From a virus (Duplodnaviria > Caudoviricetes): a stretch of 49,641 nt of DNA. The position numbers and the translations under genes are program-made. Each line of letters opens with the position of its first letter. The stretch's first letter is position 1. The DNA lies in IMG/VR virus record IMGVR_UViG_3300020045_006698, positions 1 through 49,641 of that record; one strand, 5' to 3'. This document shows positions 37,836 to 47,327 of this stretch, piece by piece. The notes under the pieces were generated by a model. It searched no databases, was not told the DNA's origin, and saw nothing but the letters and a program-made list of their open reading frames with translations.

Positions 37836-38761
37836 AACTTTAAATAATCTGATGAAGATTTACGAATATTAAAAAACATAAATAATAAAATTAATGTTTG
37901 AATAACACATATTACATTAAAAGAATAAATATAGAAAATTGATAAAGCTAAAACACTAATCAAACTTAAATAAAACCCAATAGATTGAGAAACTCCATCC
38001 ATTAAATCATTATTATCTCTTTTAACACCTTCTTTGTTAAAATCAATATATTTAAGAAAATAATTATATTTTCTTAAATCAGAATAAGATTTACCCCAAG
38101 AAGCAATTTCTACAAATACATCATTTTCTTCAATAAAACGAGTATCATCATTATCTCTATAAAATAAAGTACAACAATTGTTTTTAGTTGTACCATCAAA
38201 TGATTCTCTTGGAGCCATTATAAACCAATTAGCATAACCTGTTTTAATTTTAGATTTTCTAATACTTTTAGCGGATTCTATTTCTACCTCATAATCTTCA
38301 TAAACTTGATTTCCAAATTCATCTAATACTGGTTTGTGGTTAGAATATTTTAAAGGTTTTTGTTTAGTTTCAAAAACAGCTTCTGAAATAATTTTATCAT
38401 AAGAATGCTCTTCAATAAAATCTTTCATTATTTGAGGTAATCCTTCGAATGGAGCACCTTTATAATTAACGGCTTTTGATATCGTCAAATCATATTCATT
38501 ACATAATTTTTTAATATCTGAACCTAAAAATGATGGTTTACCAAATAAAATTCCAATTTGTTTTTTAGAATTCTTAACATGTAATTCTGCTTCAACATTA
38601 TTAATGTGATAATCTAAACCAATTGTTTTTAAGATATTTAAATCTTTTTTTGGTTGTTCTAATAACAGTAATGTTTCTTTATCATTTTTATTAATAAAAA
38701 CAATATCTTCTTTATTACCATATTTTGATAGTAAAGAACTATTTCTGTTTACTAATTCCAT
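37823..38761 (-). CDS. hypothetical protein with C-terminal TM helices
   Basis: 312 aa ORF. Confidence 0.7.
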   Translation of the reverse strand: MELVNRNSSLLSKYGNKEDIVFINKNDKETLLLLEQPKKDLNILKTIGLDYHINNVEAELHVKNSKKQIGILFGKPSFLGSDIKKLCNEYDLTISKAVNYKGAPFEGLPQIMKDFIEEHSYDKIISEAVFETKQKPLKYSNHKPVLDEFGNQVYEDYEVEIESAKSIRKSKIKTGYANWFIMAPRESFDGTTKNNCCTLFYRDNDDTRFIEENDVFVEIASWGKSYSDLRKYNYFLKYIDFNKEGVKRDNNDLMDGVSQSIGFYLSLISVLALSIFYIYSFNVICVIQTLILLFMFFNIRKSSSDYLKLWKM

Positions 38762-39395
38762 TATTTAAATGATTTAGACATTTCTAATAAATTTCTTAAA
38801 GCACCAAATTCAGGATTCATAAAACCAGTCACCATTGGTTCAAAATGTAAAAAACTAAAATAACCTAATAACAAAGAACTACAACCTAATATAATTACAG
38901 GTACTATATTAATAGTTTTAGTTTCACCAGATTCATCAAGATCTTTCGTATAATTACTATAAGATGTCCAAAAGCGATATGTTAAAAATAAAAACATTAG
39001 TTCACCTATTAAATAACACCATGCCCATACTGTTTGTTGTTTAACTAATAAATTCCAAGTATATGAGGATATTTTTTTAATTCATTATATATTTCAGTAA
39101 TAGCAGATTTAGCATCAGGAGCCATCGATTTAATATCATTATATAATGTTGACACACCATTTTTAGTATCACCATAAACAGTTCCAATACCATTAGATGT
39201 TGTTGATAAAAATCCAGGTTTTTGTTTTTCAGTTTTAAATGATGGTTTAGAAATAGATTCTTTTAAAGAATTTACTTCTTTGTTTAAAGTTTTAACAACT
39301 TCTACACCATCTTTTACTTGTTGAATAGGTGTTTGTTGATTAGCAAAGCTAATTGTTGATAGTAATAATACTATCATAAAAATCATTTTTTTCAT
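38761..39395 (-). CDS. Membrane protein split by a -1 frameshift at A7 (39072-39078)
   Basis: Signal-peptide ORF 39395 joins the 38997 frame via ISSYTWNLLVKQQTVWAW. Confidence 0.55.
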
Positions 39396-39400
39396 AATGT

Positions 39401-39760
39401 TTAATTTAAATTTAATTTGTTATTAATTTTTTGCATAATTTGAACCATTATTGGTTTTTGTGATTGTAAATTCCATATACAATGGAAATATGATTTATAT
39501 CTTATAGAATATCCGTCAGAATCTACTTCTGACCATAAACAAATTAATGTTATTGATTCAATAATATCTGGTTTAAATTCTTTGATTTTATAAAAACATA
39601 ATTTAAATTCCCATATCGATACAAATATAAAATAAATTATACTCCATATTAATGTTGGAATTCCCCAATGAATTGTTAATAATATTGCTAATATTATTTG
39701 CAATAAAGTTTTAATATTTAACCATAAGTATTTAAAAAAAGGACCTAATATATATTTCAT
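39401..39760 (-). CDS. hypothetical membrane protein
   Basis: Hydrophobic N-half. Confidence 0.6.
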   Translation of the reverse strand: MKYILGPFFKYLWLNIKTLLQIILAILLTIHWGIPTLIWSIIYFIFVSIWEFKLCFYKIKEFKPDIIESITLICLWSEVDSDGYSIRYKSYFHCIWNLQSQKPIMVQIMQKINNKLNLN

Positions 39761-39984
39761 AATATACGTTTTTTAAGTAATTCATCTATTTTTTTTAAAT
39801 TACCTGTAATTCCTAAAGCGAATAATATTATAAAAATAATTATAATATTAAAGGTAATAAAAGGATAAATATCTGAATTTTTAACAATAGTATCATTATA
39901 TATAAATATTTCAAATTTTATTAATATAAATAATAATATTATAATTATAATATTATATATTATTGTATAACCTGTTATTTTCAT
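39757..39984 (-). CDS. small two-TM protein
   Basis: Two hydrophobic segments. Confidence 0.55.
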   Translation of the reverse strand: MKITGYTIIYNIIIIILLFILIKFEIFIYNDTIVKNSDIYPFITFNIIIIFIILFALGITGNLKKIDELLKKRIL

Positions 39985-40226
39985 AATATTTTTTGGTTTA
40001 AATATTTATTAATTGTTTCAAAGAAATATGTTTTAGTTTTTAAATAGTAAATAAAAAGAATAAACATAACTATTGTGATAATTCCATTTAAAAATGTCCA
40101 AGTCAGAGTATTATATGCACCATTTTCATCATTATTTATACCATATTTAAATGAATTAAACCATACCACATCTAAATAAATTAAAAAAACTATTAATATA
40201 AGTAATAATAAATGTTTTATTTTCAT
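39981..40226 (-). CDS. small two-TM protein
   Basis: Two hydrophobic segments. Confidence 0.55.
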   Translation of the reverse strand: MKIKHLLLLILIVFLIYLDVVWFNSFKYGINNDENGAYNTLTWTFLNGIITIVMFILFIYYLKTKTYFFETINKYLNQKIL

Positions 40227-40251
40227 AATTGTTAATTTTAAGTTAATTAAT

Positions 40252-40400
40252 CAACGATAGGGAGAACTGGGAAAGAATCATTTCACACATCCAGTTCTCG
40301 ATAATATCGTCGCTACAATAGATAATTAAGCCTCTATATAAAGCTTTTAACGAGTCATTGGGACTTAATAGCTACAATTACCAAATACGTCGTTTATTTT
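40252..40400 (-). ncRNA. Candidate structured RNA
   Basis: GAGAACTGG/CCAGTTCTC and CGACGATA/TATCGTTG nested stems plus a second G-U-containing hairpin. Confidence 0.4.
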
Positions 40401-40443
40401 AATTGATTATATATTATAAATATATAAAATAATTGTTATTTTA

Positions 40444-40475
40444 CTTGCTTTTTTAATAAAAATGTTGTATATTTG
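40444..40475 (+). promoter_or_regulatory. Bacteroidota sigma-type promoter
   Basis: CTTG-N20-TATATTTG upstream of the plus-strand HEG. Confidence 0.7.
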
Positions 40476-40497
40476 TATTATACAAAATTAATCCAAT

Positions 40498-41070
40498 ATG
40501 ATACATTCAAATTTAAATCATTTTAATTGTTCTGGTATTTATATTATTAGAAACTTATATAATAATAAAATATATATAGGTTCTGCTAAAAATATCAAAC
40601 AAAGACTTCATGAACATAATAGTATGTTACGAAGAAATAAACATCATTCTAAATATTTACAAAATTCTTATAATTTACACAACGGTAAGTTTTTATTTTC
40701 AATACTTGAACAATGTAGTGTTGATAATTTAATTAAAAGAGAACAATATTGGTTAGATTATTATAATTCATATAATAAAAAATATGGATATAATAATGTT
40801 CCAAAAGCGTATAGTTCTTTAGGTAGAAAAGCATCTACTGAAACTAAATTAAAAATGTCTAATTCTCACAAAGGAATGAAAAAACCTTGGTCAAATATGA
40901 ATCATCTTAAAAAATCTATTAAATGTGTTTTTAATGATAATTCTGAACAAGTTTTTAATTATATTGGAGAAGCTTCTACAATTTTAAATATTAATAGAAA
41001 TACAATTAGTAGATTATTAATTAAACCAAATGAAAGAAAATCTAAATATCCTAAATTTTATTATATTTAA
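40498..41070 (+). CDS. Free-standing GIY-YIG homing endonuclease (counter-oriented)
   Basis: SGIYII...IYIGSA, R..H, REQYW, GYN; NUMOD3-like. Confidence 0.88.
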   Translation: MIHSNLNHFNCSGIYIIRNLYNNKIYIGSAKNIKQRLHEHNSMLRRNKHHSKYLQNSYNLHNGKFLFSILEQCSVDNLIKREQYWLDYYNSYNKKYGYNNVPKAYSSLGRKASTETKLKMSNSHKGMKKPWSNMNHLKKSIKCVFNDNSEQVFNYIGEASTILNINRNTISRLLIKPNERKSKYPKFYYI

Positions 41071-41236
41071 ATGTGTGTTCTTCTGTTAATTCAATTGATT
41101 TCATATTAATCAAGTTTATCTTGTAAATAACAATAAATATCAAATGATTTATCAGAACCAATTAATATTACCAAAAATAAACCTAAAATATAAAATAACA
41201 ATAAACCAATAATTGCGAGTAATCTTGTAATAATCT

Positions 41237-41512
41237 TCATTTTAATTCTTGTAGTTTACCAAAATTAGCTTTTAAACGTCTTAGATTAACTTCTGCTTCA
41301 GTTATTTTAATTTCCTCATCTTTAATATGATTTTCACTTAAATCAATTAACTCAAGTTTTAATTCTTCAACAATAATTAATCTTTGATGATCATCATAGT
41401 TATCAAATATATGTTTTGCAAGTCTTTTAGCTTCCATTGTTGCTAATTTACTTGTACCAGGTACATAAGCTACAAACTTATAGATTATGTACCGTTTAAA
41501 ACGACGTAACAT
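41237..41512 (-). CDS. hypothetical protein
   Basis: ORF. Confidence 0.6.
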   Translation of the reverse strand: MLRRFKRYIIYKFVAYVPGTSKLATMEAKRLAKHIFDNYDDHQRLIIVEELKLELIDLSENHIKDEEIKITEAEVNLRRLKANFGKLQELK

Positions 41513-41518
41513 AGTTAT

Positions 41519-41701
41519 TTATGTTAGTTTAACATTCATATTAAATGAACGACGTTTGTTTTTCATTGCAGAATCTACAAGATATGCTTGTAATTCTTGT
41601 TTGTTTTTAAACTTTTTTTCAGGTTTAGAAAAAGGTTTTTTAAAAGATTTATTACTGTTACTATTATTCGCAGTAATTTTTGGTGTATTTTGTGTATTCA
41701 T
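41519..41701 (-). CDS. small basic hypothetical protein
   Basis: ORF. Confidence 0.55.
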   Translation of the reverse strand: MNTQNTPKITANNSNSNKSFKKPFSKPEKKFKNKQELQAYLVDSAMKNKRRSFNMNVKLT

Positions 41702-41858
41702 AATGTTTTTAATTTATTTTAGTTAATTTTTTTCTAATATATAATCAGAATGTTCATTATTTTTACCTAATATAATGATAGATTTTACTACATATCCTTC
41801 TTTAAGTTTTTCATTTAATTCATCTAAATTATTTTTATCAAATTCCCATGAAAATACT

Positions 41859-42206
41859 CTAATTACTATTTGATTCATTTTGTAATTTTTTTAAAATTTT
41901 CATACCAATATGTTCTGGTTCAATTTTTTTTACTTTCGTAACTTCTGTCCATGATTTTGACGATTCATATCTAAAATCGTTTAATACAAAGTTCCAATAA
42001 AGGTCCCATAGATAACTAAAAAAAGGTTGTGTTAAATAACCTAATTTATTATATCTATTTTTAACTCTAGAAAATTCATCTTGTTGTACAAGACGTAAAT
42101 GTTTGAATATTTCTTGTGATTCAATAGCTTTAATCATTGACATCACTTTTGTTCCTTTATATCCAGCTTTTTCAAGTTGAGATATAGATGATTGTTGTTT
42201 TTCCAT
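41859..42206 (-). CDS. hypothetical protein
   Basis: ORF. Confidence 0.6.
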   Translation of the reverse strand: MEKQQSSISQLEKAGYKGTKVMSMIKAIESQEIFKHLRLVQQDEFSRVKNRYNKLGYLTQPFFSYLWDLYWNFVLNDFRYESSKSWTEVTKVKKIEPEHIGMKILKKLQNESNSN

Positions 42207-42377
42207 AATGTTGTTAATTATTTAATTAATTATGATATTTAGAAACTGATTTCATAAAATAATCACCCGGTGTTGAATTTTTTGGTAATCTTTTAAATTT
42301 ACCAGCAGAACTATTATCCAAAATTGGTTGAATAGTTTTTTTTAGTTTAGATTTTTTCATAATGTTGTTAGTTTTAG

Positions 42378-42764
42378 TTAATTTATTTGTTTTGTATTAA
42401 ATAATTTTAAATCACCATATTCTATATAAAATAATTTATATTTATTTTTAACATGTCTATAATATCTATTTTGAAAATATTTAAAAGGTTCTTTGTATTC
42501 TTCACTTAATTCTCTAAAACATCTAAATAAATTATGAGGATTTGATTTGATTTTTTCAGCTATAATTTCATCCATTTTTAAATGATACTTTTGTTTTTTT
42601 ATATCATTTCTATGAGTCATATGAATTTGTTTAATAACTTTAGAATCTATTTTATATTTTAAAGACAGTTTATTATATAATGCTTTAAATTCTTTACTTA
42701 AATCATAATTTTCAATATGTTTTAAAATTTGTTTTCGTATATGTAAAGATATTTGTTTTTTCAT
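42378..42764 (-). CDS. hypothetical basic protein
   Basis: ORF. Confidence 0.6.
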   Translation of the reverse strand: MKKQISLHIRKQILKHIENYDLSKEFKALYNKLSLKYKIDSKVIKQIHMTHRNDIKKQKYHLKMDEIIAEKIKSNPHNLFRCFRELSEEYKEPFKYFQNRYYRHVKNKYKLFYIEYGDLKLFNTKQIN

Positions 42765-42938
42765 AATTAATTAAGTTTTAAACAATTATTTAAATCAATA
42801 GTATTCCAAATATGTACATAAGTAAATTCACCATTTGGAAACCATAATCTTAAGTATTTTGGATTATTCATAATATTTAATTGTTAGTTAATAATTTGTT
42901 AATGTTTTATAATATAAAATATTATATTATATAATTTG

Positions 42939-43307
42939 TGGAGGCGCCGAGAATCGAACTCGGGTCCAAATTGTTCATAAGAACAATAATTGTTACAGCT
43001 TAGTTATAGATTAACGTGTTTAACTACACATAGGTCAACTGATAAATCAGTGACTCCACCACTTCATTTAATCTAATGAAGAAATCTTTAAATAACTTAA
43101 AATTTAAGCAGCAGCTAAAACTCTACTAGTAGAGAAATAGTTAGCTTCTTCTTGTGAGTCATCACCTAAAAGGTTATGAACTACTTGCATGTTTGCTCTA
43201 ATTTGAGCTGTTGTATTCTTGTCATTTCTTGTATTCACCTTAGTTTACAGTTATCTTTCTGGCTGTTTATTGTAGTTACATAACAACTGTCAAAACCAGT
43301 CGCCCCC
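42939..43307 (-). ncRNA. ssrA: tmRNA
   Basis: 5' GGGGGCGACTGGTTTTGACAG; 3' GGACCCGAGTTCGATTCTCGGCGCCTCCA; G3-U70 alanine identity pair; internal frame ending LAAA-stop. Confidence 0.93.
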
Positions 43308-43350
43308 TTGTTACATCTTTTGATTACTAGAGATGTCAACTAGATTATTA

Positions 43351-43695
43351 TTACTTTTTTTCTTTAACTATTTTATCAACAGTTTTACGTTCACGTTTAT
43401 TTAAACGTTTTACTTTCTCAGGATTTTTTTGAATAACATCTTTAATATGTTCAGATAATTGTCTAACACCTTCTGTTTCATGTGTAGGACATTTTTCAAT
43501 AATATCTTTAACAATATTATTTTTTAATTTAATATTGTTTTTACCAACAATATCTATTGTTGTTTCTTTTTTAACAACATCTTCAAGACCATCTTGTGTT
43601 GTAAATTCTGAAGAATGTGGTGCACTAATTGCAGGATATATTTGCCATACAATTACTCCTAATAACACTAATATTATAATAATACTTGTCATCAT
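43351..43695 (-). CDS. hypothetical protein with N-terminal TM helix
   Basis: ORF. Confidence 0.65.
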   Translation of the reverse strand: MMTSIIIILVLLGVIVWQIYPAISAPHSSEFTTQDGLEDVVKKETTIDIVGKNNIKLKNNIVKDIIEKCPTHETEGVRQLSEHIKDVIQKNPEKVKRLNKRERKTVDKIVKEKK

Positions 43696-43740
43696 AATGT
43701 TTTAATTTTAATTTTGTTAATAATTTGTTTTAAAATATTA

Positions 43741-44050
43741 ATAGTGTGCATATACTTGTCTTTACACCACTAACTACCTCTATTAATATTTAATCCTTCT
43801 GTACTCAGATATAATAGTATATTAATCATCAATTCGAGAAGCAGGTGCCTGACCTTATAACTAAATAAGGACCTTTTATTATACCTGACACTTTATAGGC
43901 TTTCATATAACGTGATAAATACATTAATTACTTGTTATACATTATTATAACTGCTTGTCCTTAGGAAACAAGTTGTGGTACATTAAACCGACTATACGGT
44001 TTATATCATTGCATAACGATTTTTTACACCAATATGTTGCTATAAGTTTT
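43741..44050 (-). ncRNA. Candidate multi-hairpin ncRNA
   Basis: No long ORF; several hairpins and a possible long-range TGTAC/GTACA pairing. Confidence 0.35.
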
Positions 44051-44476
44051 GAATTTCACATATTATAAGATTTACTTTAATTAAATAATTAGCATATTCC
44101 AATGTTGAATAATCAGAGCACTGTTTGTTTATTTCTAAGAATAAGGACTTACAAAATCCCTGCTGTTATTTAATTTTTTCAAAGATTCATTAAATATATA
44201 ATTAATATATTTAAACTCATAATAATTTATTTAATTTACTTTTATATATTTTACCATCTAATAAATATGTGTAAGTGTGAAAAACCCAAATAAAATGTTA
44301 ATAATAATTTGATTCACATATTTATATTTACTGCTTACTATTATTCCACAGTAGATGTCGTGGTTTCTTTATAACAACCATTTAATAGTTGTAACCATCA
44401 GTATTTATTTGTACTTATGTAATGTTTAACCTTTTCAATAATTATATTATTATGTTAATGCTCACTATTTCTGAGT

Positions 44477-44521
44477 TGTAGCACGAGGATTTAAACCTCC
44501 ATTTCTAGGTTACAAGTCTAG
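44477..44521 (-). pseudogene. 3' remnant of tRNA-Thr(UGU)
   Basis: CTAGA-CTTGTAA-CCTAG and GAGG-TTTAAAT-CCTC; no matching 5' acceptor strand or D arm. Confidence 0.4.
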
Positions 44522-44990
44522 CAACATTATATAATTATTATTCAGTCAATAACCATTTAAGGTTTGTAGTATTTCTTATGTTAATACTTAGCACTTAAGC
44601 CCTATTTAATAATATTAATATGTAAGATATTACGTTTGTCAATCTTGTAGCTTACATCCTACTTAACATTTGACTGTATTTTAAAGATTTTCTTCAATCC
44701 ATTTATGAATATCATGTGTAAAAACTCCATTACCACTTTGATAACATTATTATCTTTACTCTTTTAAACTGTTCCATGACATTTGTTTTTAAGATTGTTA
44801 GTTAAAAAATACAGGTGACATTCTAATCACCTGTATTGTACTTTTATATTATATTTTAACGATCGATAAGTTATAATATAAATCTGTGTTTCATATATAC
44901 ATCAAACATCTAAAGGAATACTAACTTTTGTTAAGTTTCTAAAGTTATAAATCTACGGCTAACTTTAAGTCTTTCCAGGACTAGAATATT

Positions 44991-45290
44991 TTATTTTGGA
45001 GTATTAAACCACCAACACATATTAATTCTTTGATTTTCTTTTAAAAAGAATAAAAATGATATTAAACCTCCTAATGTGATTGTTAAAAGATATGCTATCA
45101 TAAATAGATATTCTATATATGTAGAATCTTTCCAATAAGAATGTTTAAATGATGTATACCATAATTTTAATGTACCATGATATAATCTCCAAGCTGTTAT
45201 TAATCCAATTAATAACCAGATAATAATTAATGTTGTTTTCATAATATTTAATGTTTTAGTTAAGGTAATAAATGACCACAATTGATACAT
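44991..45290 (-). CDS. hypothetical membrane protein
   Basis: Two hydrophobic segments; real start likely the internal MKTT. Confidence 0.55.
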   Translation of the reverse strand: MYQLWSFITLTKTLNIMKTTLIIIWLLIGLITAWRLYHGTLKLWYTSFKHSYWKDSTYIEYLFMIAYLLTITLGGLISFLFFLKENQRINMCWWFNTPK

Positions 45291-45442
45291 TTAGGGTTAG
45301 GTAAATTGTTATCTGATACACTTTTGTTACAAACACAATATAATAATTTAAATATATTTTTAATTGTTTTCATAATGATTTAATATTAGTTAATATAATC
45401 AGTCAACCCAGCATTACCTGTAATTGACTGACTAAAGTGTTG

Positions 45443-45730
45443 TTATTTAATTATAATAGGTCTATTTATACTATTAATAATCTTTTTACCTATTAATATT
45501 TTAATAGCTTCAGATAAACCATAATATCTAATATAATCTTGAATTATTATTTCTAATGGAAATTCAACGTTGTGTGTAACACCATAATGTTCAATAGAAC
45601 TTTTACTTCTTGAATTATCAGTAAAGCTAATACCATATTTTTTACCTTCATTAGGTCCTTTTGTATTTTCTTTTTCAATAGCAATTAAAGGTCTATTTTT
45701 AATAGCACTATGTTTTATTGTTGTATTCAT
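45443..45730 (-). CDS. hypothetical protein
   Basis: ORF. Confidence 0.55.
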   Translation of the reverse strand: MNTTIKHSAIKNRPLIAIEKENTKGPNEGKKYGISFTDNSRSKSSIEHYGVTHNVEFPLEIIIQDYIRYYGLSEAIKILIGKKIINSINRPIIIK

Positions 45731-46262
45731 AATTTTGTTATTTAGTCAATTAATAATTTGTTTTAAAAATAATGCTTATAATAACTCCTGAATGTTGTAA
45801 ATCAACGGAATAGAGATAACTTAGCATTGATGATATCAGATTTTAGATATACTTGGAATCTTATCAAGTTATTTTACCGTGCATAGCCACGCTGTTATAC
45901 TATGTTTTCTTTTTGTATTATTATAACTTATAAACCCAACTTTAGTTATAATCTCTCATGAAGTTTGTAGCGTTAATCAACAACTAGCTAGATTGTTAAT
46001 AATACTTGGAGTTAATATAAAAACAAATGAAGATATTCAACTTATTACTTTTATCAAGTAGCTTTGCTTGATTATTTGTTTATATAATGCATTTTACACC
46101 TAAAACTTTAATAGTTAGTTATTCTACAATTAGGGTTACGATAATATAAATTACGTAACCTAATCAACCTAATTATTCTATTAAAGAAACTGGTGTTCTC
46201 AATGTCTTGAAATGTTATTGAGTTTTTTAAATCAGTATCTTTGCAATACTTAATTTTAATAT

Positions 46263-46556
46263 TTATTCATCTACAGGATTTAAATACACTGTATTCTCAT
46301 TTGTAGATAATTGTAGTTGTCTAATACCATCTTGTGGTATATCTCTTTCAAGACCTTCCCATTTAAATTGAATAGTATTATCAAATTCAATATGTAGAAT
46401 AGAATCTTTATCAATATACCCAATTATAGGTGTTGATTTGTTAATAAGTTTATATTCTTCAGGTAAATCAATTTTAGGTTGATTATGTAATGTAAATGAA
46501 ATACCACCAATAATAAATCCTATTAGTAGTGATAAAATAAGTTGAAATATTTTCAT
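46263..46556 (-). CDS. hypothetical protein with N-terminal TM helix
   Basis: ORF. Confidence 0.6.
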   Translation of the reverse strand: MKIFQLILSLLIGFIIGGISFTLHNQPKIDLPEEYKLINKSTPIIGYIDKDSILHIEFDNTIQFKWEGLERDIPQDGIRQLQLSTNENTVYLNPVDE

Positions 46557-46582
46557 AATGTTAAATTTGTTAGTTAGTTGTG

Positions 46583-46813
46583 TTAAAGAAATTTACTGAA
46601 ATGTAATTTAATGAATTTTATATTTTTACGATATTGATTTTCATTAAATCTCCAATCATTTATATTATGATTTTTATAATAACCACAATATGATGTGGTA
46701 ATTTTAATCCAATTATGATCTTTATCTAATATTTTTTTTGTAAATTGACTAAATATAGTCATATTAAATAGTCTTATTGTAATAAAATTGATAATGTTTA
46801 CAAGTTTTTTCAT
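46583..46813 (-). CDS. hypothetical protein
   Basis: Internal MKKLVN start of the 46583..46921 ORF preferred. Confidence 0.45.
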   Translation of the reverse strand: MKKLVNIINFITIRLFNMTIFSQFTKKILDKDHNWIKITTSYCGYYKNHNINDWRFNENQYRKNIKFIKLHFSKFL

Positions 46814-47118
46814 TGTAATATTGTGATTAAATGTTAATAAAAAAGCTATTAGTGTTAAATAAAATGTTGATGTGATGGATTTGAGAGTTTTATTTGAATG
46901 GGTATAAACAAATAACCACATATTTACATCATTAATTATCCGTAACTAAAAACAATGTAAAACCATCACAATCAACAAATTATATATTGTAAAGTTACAT
47001 AAAACCAACTATAATAGAAAAGCAAGTGTTCAAGTTCAAAGAAAACACTATAAACTATTATAGAAGGTTATTATGATAACTATTGTATTATGTGTCCTTC
47101 GGACACAATTATTTTTGA

Positions 47119-47242
47119 ATATATATTAAGGTATAAATCAGTATTCTTGGAAGGATTTGAATCTTCATAGCGAAACGTAAACTGCTGTCTTACCTCTTAA
47201 ACGACAAGAGATACTTTATTATATATATTAAGGTATAAATCA
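47119..47242. repeat. Perfect 22-bp direct repeats ATATATATTAAGGTATAAATCA
   Basis: Copies at 47119-47140 and 47221-47242. Confidence 0.85.
47141..47214 (-). tRNA. Degenerate tRNA-like element between the direct repeats
   Basis: TCTTG/CAAGA acceptor, TCGTTTAAGAGGTAAGAC D arm, GAAGA-TTCAAAT-CCTTC T arm; anticodon stem poorly paired. Confidence 0.5.
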
Positions 47243-47300
47243 CATGAGATGTAATCATATAGATCACACGTTAGTGTCAATACATGTAGAGTAAAAGAAA

Positions 47301-47320
47301 AAACACTCCGAAGAGTGTTT
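47301..47320 (-). terminator. Intrinsic terminator with cUUCGg loop
   Basis: AAACACTC-TTCG-GAGTGTTT then T run, just after the 47328 stop. Confidence 0.75.
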
Positions 47321-47327
47321 AGTTTAA

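Noticed and set aside
36169-41070. Group I introns around the two other GIY-YIG genes
   Set aside because: No P/Q/R/S core or split host gene found; treated as free-standing.
44341-44406. Hammerhead ribozyme (CTGATG...GAAAC on minus strand)
   Set aside because: Core reads CTGATGG rather than CTGANGA, and there is no UH cleavage triplet after stem III.
47119-47242. Mini CRISPR array
   Set aside because: Only two AT-rich repeats, an 80-nt structured spacer, and no cas genes.
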